Assembly (NCBI GenBank): GCA_029560465.1
Contig: JAKQKX010000045.1
Location: 88,260-152,259 of the forward strand
DNA from: Candidatus Omnitrophota bacterium
GTDB lineage: Bacteria > Omnitrophota > Gorgyraeia > Zapsychrales > JANLHA01
Reading direction: 5' to 3'
Length of the DNA stretch: 64,000 bases
In this document: positions 58,510 through 64,000 of the stretch, piece after piece
Layout of the letters: the number at the start of each line of letters is the position of its first letter
Position numbering within the stretch: the first letter of the stretch is position 1
Position numbers and translations under genes: made by a program
Notes under the pieces: generated by a model
The model's database searches: none
Seen by the model: only the letters and a program-made list of their open reading frames with translations
What the model was told of the DNA's origin: nothing

Positions 58510-60282
58510 CTATTCCTTATCCTGGGAGCCGGCAACCAGGAGATCCAGCAGCGCCTGCGCTGCCAGCAACGGCCCCTTCTTTTCCCAGCCGTTCAATCCC
58601 AGCCGCGTCCGGATCTGCCCCACAAAAATCCGCTTCTCAAAAAAAGCCTGAAACGCTTTCTCGGCGATCGAGTCGTGCAACTGGCGGTACTGGGGCGGGC
58701 CGAATATATTGGCAAAATAGGAGTGGACGATCCCGGTAGAACTCGTCGTGCCCTTGCTCATCACCGTCCCTTCTTTAAAAATTGCCAAAGCTTTATCAAC
58801 CGCCGGCAACCGTTCGATCAAAGGATGGTCTTCATCAATGTCCTCATAATTATTGGCGTAAAAAATATAATCAATTTTTTCCCCACGCACCACGCAGTCA
58901 TACGTCGTGACCGGAAGAATAATTCTGGCGTTGACCATATTGGGGCTCATAATGATCGCCCGGTCGATCTGCCCCAAAGCATAGCCGGGCTTCAGGTCAT
59001 CCAGACGCAGGAAGGCCCCCGTTTCCGTGCCATACCCGATCACCTCCCCTTTTTCATCAACGCTGATCGAGCCCATATCATCGGCGATAATAATCAAATC
59101 CTGTATCGCCTCCTCCCCAATCTCGCGCAAAGCCTCCAGGGTCTCGGATTTCCCCGCGCCGGTGTCCCCCATAAACAAAAGCGTGACGTCTTTCCCCCCC
59201 TTTAAAATAAGGCGCACCAAGGCGCCATGAAAAGGAAACCGGCCTTGTTTCATCATGATAATATTGTGAAGAGTCAAAACCATCTTCTTCACATAACCGA
59301 AATACCCGAATTCATCCCGTCCGGGAACCGCCGCCACGAGCAGATTGTTTTTAGAATCTTCATAAAACACCGTTGGGAACACCCCGAACTGGTCCAAAAC
59401 ATCCCCGGGGACGCCGAACAAAAACACCGCATCCGGACGGCGCTCCAGGTCAACATCATCCGCCAGTTCAAAAAGGTTACACAGCGAATGCCCCAGCTCA
59501 AAAAACCTGTTATGGAAATAAATCAAGATCACAAGAGGGCCGACTTTCGCCGGATAACAAAGCCAGTCACCGCTTAAAATGTCAATATATTCCAGCGGAT
59601 TCGAAGCGATTTTCTCAAACTTGCCGGTTCTTTTATTCATCGGCGGGTTAAGAATCAAAGGGGGAAACAGCAAAATCTGCCGGATTTGAGCAACTTTATT
59701 CAATTTTTTATAAAGCGGGTCGGAGAAAGGGATTTCTTTCTGCACCGCGATGGTTGATATTTCCGCGCCGGCGGCGACTTGCCGGTAAATCCGGGGATGC
59801 TGACCGTTGATATTTTCCTGAATGTCCCGGTACGTGCCCCGGATAAGCTCGGTCAACTGCCCAATGGTCGAATTGAAAGTCCGGTACGGCCTTTGATCCA
59901 GATCCTTCCCAGTGGAATCAGAAATAAGAAAGCGGTCATAACTGCGCCAGTAATTGTAAAGGTATTCCGTGAACTCGTGAAACAGCTCCGGGTCCTTCAG
60001 TAACCCCTGGGCGCCAGGGACAACATTGGGGACCAGCTTCGCTGGCATCTTAGTCAGGAAACCGAGGGTCTTCACAAAAACCGCCAAATCCTCTTCTTGG
60101 ATGGCGGGTTTACCAAACACGCCCATCAAGAAAGAGTTCCGTTTTTCCAACTGACGGATTCCCCGGCGAAGGACCTCTTTAAAAAGGGCGCTGTCCATCA
60201 ATTCATCGGCTGTTTCACAAATCCTGTCATGCAATTGGATTATAATTTTCTTTTCAAGTATTTTATATGAACCCGTATCCAT
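58510..60282 (-). CDS. Uncharacterised 590-aa protein with a C-terminal HprK/PEPCK-like P-loop kinase fold
   Basis: Walker A GDTGAGKSETLEAL (compare HprK GxSGxGKSE), then IIIADDMGS...GYGTETGAF (compare PEPCK IGDDEHGW...EGGCYAK). The ~350-aa N-terminal region has no recognisable motif. Confidence 0.5.
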   Translation of the reverse strand: MDTGSYKILEKKIIIQLHDRICETADELMDSALFKEVLRRGIRQLEKRNSFLMGVFGKPAIQEEDLAVFVKTLGFLTKMPAKLVPNVVPGAQGLLKDPELFHEFTEYLYNYWRSYDRFLISDSTGKDLDQRPYRTFNSTIGQLTELIRGTYRDIQENINGQHPRIYRQVAAGAEISTIAVQKEIPFSDPLYKKLNKVAQIRQILLFPPLILNPPMNKRTGKFEKIASNPLEYIDILSGDWLCYPAKVGPLVILIYFHNRFFELGHSLCNLFELADDVDLERRPDAVFLFGVPGDVLDQFGVFPTVFYEDSKNNLLVAAVPGRDEFGYFGYVKKMVLTLHNIIMMKQGRFPFHGALVRLILKGGKDVTLLFMGDTGAGKSETLEALREIGEEAIQDLIIIADDMGSISVDEKGEVIGYGTETGAFLRLDDLKPGYALGQIDRAIIMSPNMVNARIILPVTTYDCVVRGEKIDYIFYANNYEDIDEDHPLIERLPAVDKALAIFKEGTVMSKGTTSSTGIVHSYFANIFGPPQYRQLHDSIAEKAFQAFFEKRIFVGQIRTRLGLNGWEKKGPLLAAQALLDLLVAGSQDKE

Positions 60283-60454
60283 GCGCTGCCTCCTGTAAGG
60301 AACCTATCCTCAATTAAAATCACCGGCCCATATTGTATTATTACTCAAAGGAAATGTCCAATAAAAACCATAGGATGCCTTCTTCCAACGTTCACATTAT
60401 CCGAGAGGAGAATGAACCGGCGGATAAAAACAGATATAAAGGGGAATATGTTTT

Positions 60455-61450
60455 TCAGGAAGACGGGCAGGCGATACCGTCCGGCGCATCATGACGGGCT
60501 AGTGATAACGGCCGCTTCACCAGGGCCGCAATCTCCTTCGCTTTTTCAAGGTCCACGCAAGCTTTATGATCATACAGGCGGTACAACCCTTTGTATGCGG
60601 AAGGGGAAAAATTAACCATCAACACATTGGCTCCGCCCTGTAACGCCCGGGCTTGGAGTTCATGACCGCCCAGCGTCGCCAAGGCGGTTGTCGCGGGGAT
60701 ATGCGCCGCCGGCACAAGAATTCTGGCCAGCGCAAGCACTTTTAAAACCAATTCAGGGCCGGGCATGGGATGGCCAGCCAAAGGCGTTTGCTGCTGAGGG
60801 ACAAAAGGGCCAACGGCGATCATCTCCGGCTGGAATTCCTTGAGGTATTCCAGGTCACGGGCGATATCGGCCACTGTTTGTCCCGGCAATCCGATGATGT
60901 TCCCGGTTCCGACCTGGTAACCGATCCGGCGAAGATCCTCAAGCAATTCCACCCGTTTCTTCAGGCTCTGCCCGGGATGAAGTTTTTCATATAACGAAGG
61001 ATTAGCGGTTTCAAATTTCAGCAAATAACGGTCAGCCCCATTGTCGAAAAAAGCCTGATAGTCCTCCGGCGGCCGCTCCCCCAAGGACAGGGTCAGCGCC
61101 GCTTCCGGCATTCTTTTCTTGATCGCCCGCAGAACCAGGCTGATGTCCTCGCGGGTAAAAGTCAGGTCATCCCCCGACTGAAAAATGACCGTGCGGACCC
61201 CCGCTTCCAGAATCCGCTGCGCGGCCGCAATCATTTCTGTCAGACTCATGCGGTAACGGTCCAGTTGAAGGTTATCGCGTCTGAGCCCGCAGTATTGACA
61301 ACGGCGGACGCAATGGCTGGAGAACTCGACAAGCCCCCGGATCACGACAGAATCCCCGCAGGCATTTTTTCGTTCGGCATCGGCGCGGCAAAAAAGTTCC
61401 TCCGGAGAATCTCCGGCCAATAAAGCGTTATAAATATCAAGTTTCGTCAT
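60455..61450 (-). CDS. hydE: [FeFe]-hydrogenase H-cluster radical SAM maturase HydE
   Basis: EFSSHCVRRCQYCGLRRDN...RYRMSLTEMIAAAQRILEAGVRTVIFQSGDD matches the HydE consensus (CxxxCxYCGLRRDN...IVLQSGED). It is adjacent to hydG and hydF. Confidence 0.85.
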   Translation of the reverse strand: MTKLDIYNALLAGDSPEELFCRADAERKNACGDSVVIRGLVEFSSHCVRRCQYCGLRRDNLQLDRYRMSLTEMIAAAQRILEAGVRTVIFQSGDDLTFTREDISLVLRAIKKRMPEAALTLSLGERPPEDYQAFFDNGADRYLLKFETANPSLYEKLHPGQSLKKRVELLEDLRRIGYQVGTGNIIGLPGQTVADIARDLEYLKEFQPEMIAVGPFVPQQQTPLAGHPMPGPELVLKVLALARILVPAAHIPATTALATLGGHELQARALQGGANVLMVNFSPSAYKGLYRLYDHKACVDLEKAKEIAALVKRPLSLARHDAPDGIACPSS

Positions 61451-61455
61451 AAGGT

Positions 61456-62952
61456 TTAAATATACAAATCCCGCTCGCCCCGCTCAATCCGTTCAAAATA
61501 GCTTTCAAATAACCGGGCATGCGGCAGCGCCTGCCGGCGCACCTGCTCAAGTTCCCGGGCCAACAAAGGGGCGGTCACCCGGCGGGTTTCCTCGCTGGCG
61601 AAATCATCCAGCCATTCTTTAAAGGTCAAGATGGCATTTAATTTACAAAATTTTCCTTCGGTTCCCTTCCTGAGCAATTCCATAATGCTTTTGCCGGTCC
61701 GGCCGCAACGGTACCCCGCCGTACAAAAAGACGTGATGTTCCCCATCTGCGCAAGGTCCCGGATAACCTCATCCAGGCTCCGGGTGTCCCCCAGGATAAA
61801 CTGCTGGCGGTCTTCGGTCTGGGAACGGATCCCTTCCCCGTAATCGCCCACCCCGATCTTAGAAGAGGCGTCCAATTGGGTCACGCCGCAAGACACGGCG
61901 GCCCGCCGAATGGGCGCGGGTTCCCGGGCCGTGACAATCATCCCCGTATACGGGATCGCCAACCGGAGAACGGTTATCAACTTAAGAAAATCCTTGTCAT
62001 CGACACGGTGCGGATTATTCTCACACGAGGGCGTATTCAGCGCCGGCTCCAGCCTGGGAAAAGAAACGGTATGCGGCCCGATTCCGAAACACCGCTCCAG
62101 TTCCAAGGCATGATAGACCAAAGCCATGACTTCGTATTTCCAGTCATAAAGGCCGAATAATACCCCGATGCCCACATCATCGATCCCCGCGTCAAAAGCC
62201 CGGTGCATGCTATAAAGCCGCCACAGGTAATGCCCTTTAATGGTGTCCTGAGGATGGACCCGTTCAAACGTCGGGCGGTGATACGTTTCCTGAAACACCT
62301 GATACGTGCCGAGCCCGACGTCTTTAATTTTCTTTAAATCCTCAACGGAAAACGACGGGGCGTTGACGTTGACCCGACGTATGCCGGCCTCTTTCCCTTG
62401 ACGCTGGATCCGCACATCATAGATGCCCCTGATGCTGTCCACGATATAATCCACATCGTTGGCAGGGTGTTCTCCGTAAACGACGACCAGGCGTTTATGC
62501 CCGATCTCGCCGGCCAGAACAGCTATCTCCTGGCGGATTTCCTCTTCACTCAAGACACGGCGCCGCGTGGAAAGGTTTGACGCCTTAAACCCGCAATAAA
62601 CACAGTTGTTCACGCAGTAATTGCCCATATAAAGAGGCGCAAACGTCACGATTCTGTTGTCGTAAACTTTCAATTTAACTTTTAAAGCGGTTTCACGCAT
62701 TTCTGCTAAAAGGCCGTCATCGTCAACCTGCAAAAGGACCGCTGTTTCTTCGGGTGTCAGATTCTGCACCGCCAAAGATTTCTGCAGAATCGCTTTAACC
62801 CGGCCTGCGTCCGGAGACCGGTGAGCCTCCAGATGACAGAGGATTTCCTGCCCCGGGATAAAATCCCGGCCGGTCTGCACATAAGGGCACCGGGCCTGTT
62901 CCTGGACACGATCCCGGACCCAATCCTGCTGGGTAAAATTTTTAGTCAGCAT
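61456..62952 (-). CDS. hydG: [FeFe]-hydrogenase H-cluster radical SAM maturase HydG (tyrosine lyase)
   Basis: MGNYCVNNCVYCGF (the CxNxCxYCGF cluster motif), a ThiH-like fold, and C-terminal Cys residues for the auxiliary cluster. The protein is 498 aa. Confidence 0.88.
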   Translation of the reverse strand: MLTKNFTQQDWVRDRVQEQARCPYVQTGRDFIPGQEILCHLEAHRSPDAGRVKAILQKSLAVQNLTPEETAVLLQVDDDGLLAEMRETALKVKLKVYDNRIVTFAPLYMGNYCVNNCVYCGFKASNLSTRRRVLSEEEIRQEIAVLAGEIGHKRLVVVYGEHPANDVDYIVDSIRGIYDVRIQRQGKEAGIRRVNVNAPSFSVEDLKKIKDVGLGTYQVFQETYHRPTFERVHPQDTIKGHYLWRLYSMHRAFDAGIDDVGIGVLFGLYDWKYEVMALVYHALELERCFGIGPHTVSFPRLEPALNTPSCENNPHRVDDKDFLKLITVLRLAIPYTGMIVTAREPAPIRRAAVSCGVTQLDASSKIGVGDYGEGIRSQTEDRQQFILGDTRSLDEVIRDLAQMGNITSFCTAGYRCGRTGKSIMELLRKGTEGKFCKLNAILTFKEWLDDFASEETRRVTAPLLARELEQVRRQALPHARLFESYFERIERGERDLYI

Positions 62953-64000
62953 GACAAACCTCGGCGGCTCGGCCCCGCACCCCGCCCTGATAAATGCTCA
63001 ACGCTTCCGGGAACGGCTGCAAGGCCCGTTCAACCACACCCTGTAATAAAGCAATGCAGAGCCCGTAATTGGTGACCGCCACGCCCGCGGCCTCGCCTTT
63101 CTGGATACGGTTGGACATCTCCTGGCGCGTCAGCATGCAGGCCCCGCAATGAATAATCACTTTAAAACTTGATAAATCCCGCGGAAAATCCCGCCCGGAC
63201 GACACCGTGACATCGAGCTCCCCTCCGACCCATTCGCTCAACCAGCGGGGAATTTTTTTCCGCCCGATATCGTCATCAATAGGATGATGGCTGCAGCTTT
63301 CCGCGATGAGGACTTTATCCCCGGGCCGCAGAGTCTTAACCGCCAGAAGGCCGCGCGTCAACGCGTTCAGGTCCCCTTTATACCGGGCGAACAAAACTGA
63401 AAACGTCGTGCAAAGGACATCGGCCGGCGTATCAGCGGCGACCTGGCCAACCACCGTGGAATCACAGACAACCAGATCAGGGTTCCGGCGAAGGTTGCCG
63501 AGCATATCCCGGTATTCGCTTTCCTTAACAACAAGGGAAGCGGCCTGGTGGTCCAGCGCGTCGCGGATCGTTTGAACCTGCAGAGTCTTGATGCGGCCTT
63601 TCGGGGCTTCCAAGTCAATGGGCGTCACCAGGACGACTAAACCTTTCTCGGGCATCAGGTCCCCGACCAGTTCCGGCAGCGCATGAGCCCCCTTCGGAAA
63701 GATATCCAGCAAAAGCTGTTTAAAAACCCGGCCGTAACGGTCCCGCCCCAAAGGGTCAATGCTGGAACAGGTCATCACCCAGGCCGTCTTCGCCAGCAAG
63801 GATTTAAGAAAAATATCCTCAGGGGTGGTCGCGTCAATCTTGTTAACAATCATCAAGACAGGCAAGTTCAACCGCGTGGCCTCGGTGACGATCTTATCTT
63901 CATAAGTTGTCCAAATATTCGGTTCCACGACAAGCAACACGATATCGGCGCGGTCCATCACCCGGGCTGTCTTCTGGATCCTTTTTTCCGCGAGGACGGA
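62942..64000 (-). CDS. hydF: [FeFe]-hydrogenase maturation GTPase HydF. The N-terminal G-domain runs off the window.
   Basis: LVVEPN...LMIVNKID is the GTPase G4 motif NKxD. The C-terminal FeS-binding motifs are ESCSHHP and IIHCGACM. The ORF is open to 64000. Confidence 0.85.
   Translation of the reverse strand, partial: SVLAEKRIQKTARVMDRADIVLLVVEPNIWTTYEDKIVTEATRLNLPVLMIVNKIDATTPEDIFLKSLLAKTAWVMTCSSIDPLGRDRYGRVFKQLLLDIFPKGAHALPELVGDLMPEKGLVVLVTPIDLEAPKGRIKTLQVQTIRDALDHQAASLVVKESEYRDMLGNLRRNPDLVVCDSTVVGQVAADTPADVLCTTFSVLFARYKGDLNALTRGLLAVKTLRPGDKVLIAESCSHHPIDDDIGRKKIPRWLSEWVGGELDVTVSSGRDFPRDLSSFKVIIHCGACMLTRQEMSNRIQKGEAAGVAVTNYGLCIALLQGVVERALQPFPEALSIYQGGVRGRAAEVCHAD

Noticed and set aside
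60455-61450. Radical SAM gene as biotin synthase BioB
   Set aside because: The CxxxCxYCGLRRDN motif with the following RYRM...QSGDD pattern, plus immediate adjacency to hydG and hydF, fit HydE rather than BioB.

Overview
This 64 kb window is a densely coding bacterial chromosomal segment with roughly 55% GC. About 90% of the genes lie on the minus strand. I found no rRNA or tRNA genes, no CRISPR array, and no transposase, integrase or other mobile-element genes.

The content points to a strictly anaerobic, fermentative bacterium:
- **Central metabolism.** Pyruvate:ferredoxin oxidoreductase, a fused ADP-forming acetyl-CoA synthetase, a short pyruvate kinase, a GH57 alpha-glucan enzyme, and the [FeFe]-hydrogenase maturases HydE, HydG and HydF (HydF runs off the 3' end of the window).
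- **Oxygen defence.** Superoxide reductase next to a small ferredoxin, an FprA flavodiiron protein, and an AhpD-like protein.
- **Sulfur amino acids and others.** An Rrf2 regulator followed by metY and cysK, ilvD, an MscS channel, and an archease–RtcB RNA-repair pair.

Signal transduction is very heavy. There are six receiver-only proteins, one of them a tandem receiver, and none has an output domain. There are five histidine kinases, including one fused to a PilZ domain through a degenerate GGDEF-like segment. There is one active GGDEF cyclase and one degenerate-GGDEF receptor candidate. A PilB/GspE-type ATPase with an MshEN-like N-terminus runs off the 5' end.

Candidate novelties, in order of interest:
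1. A 1258-aa signal-peptide protein whose GT35 alpha-glucan-phosphorylase domain has lost the PLP lysine (EASGTSQQR where EASGTSGMK is expected).
2. A histidine kinase with a degenerate-GGDEF segment and a PilZ C-terminus, sitting next to the PilB ATPase.
3. An orphan AmmeMemoRadiSam radical-SAM enzyme flanked by a NosR/NapH-like FMN/FeS membrane protein and an unannotated 56-aa ORF with a Tat-like signal.
4. An HprK/PEPCK-like P-loop protein, a DUF2179 protein and a Cys-less rhodanese lying downstream of hydEGF.
5. A Cache-HK / REC / REC-HK / REC operon with no output domains.

All calls come from reading the translated ORFs and motifs by eye. No database search was run.
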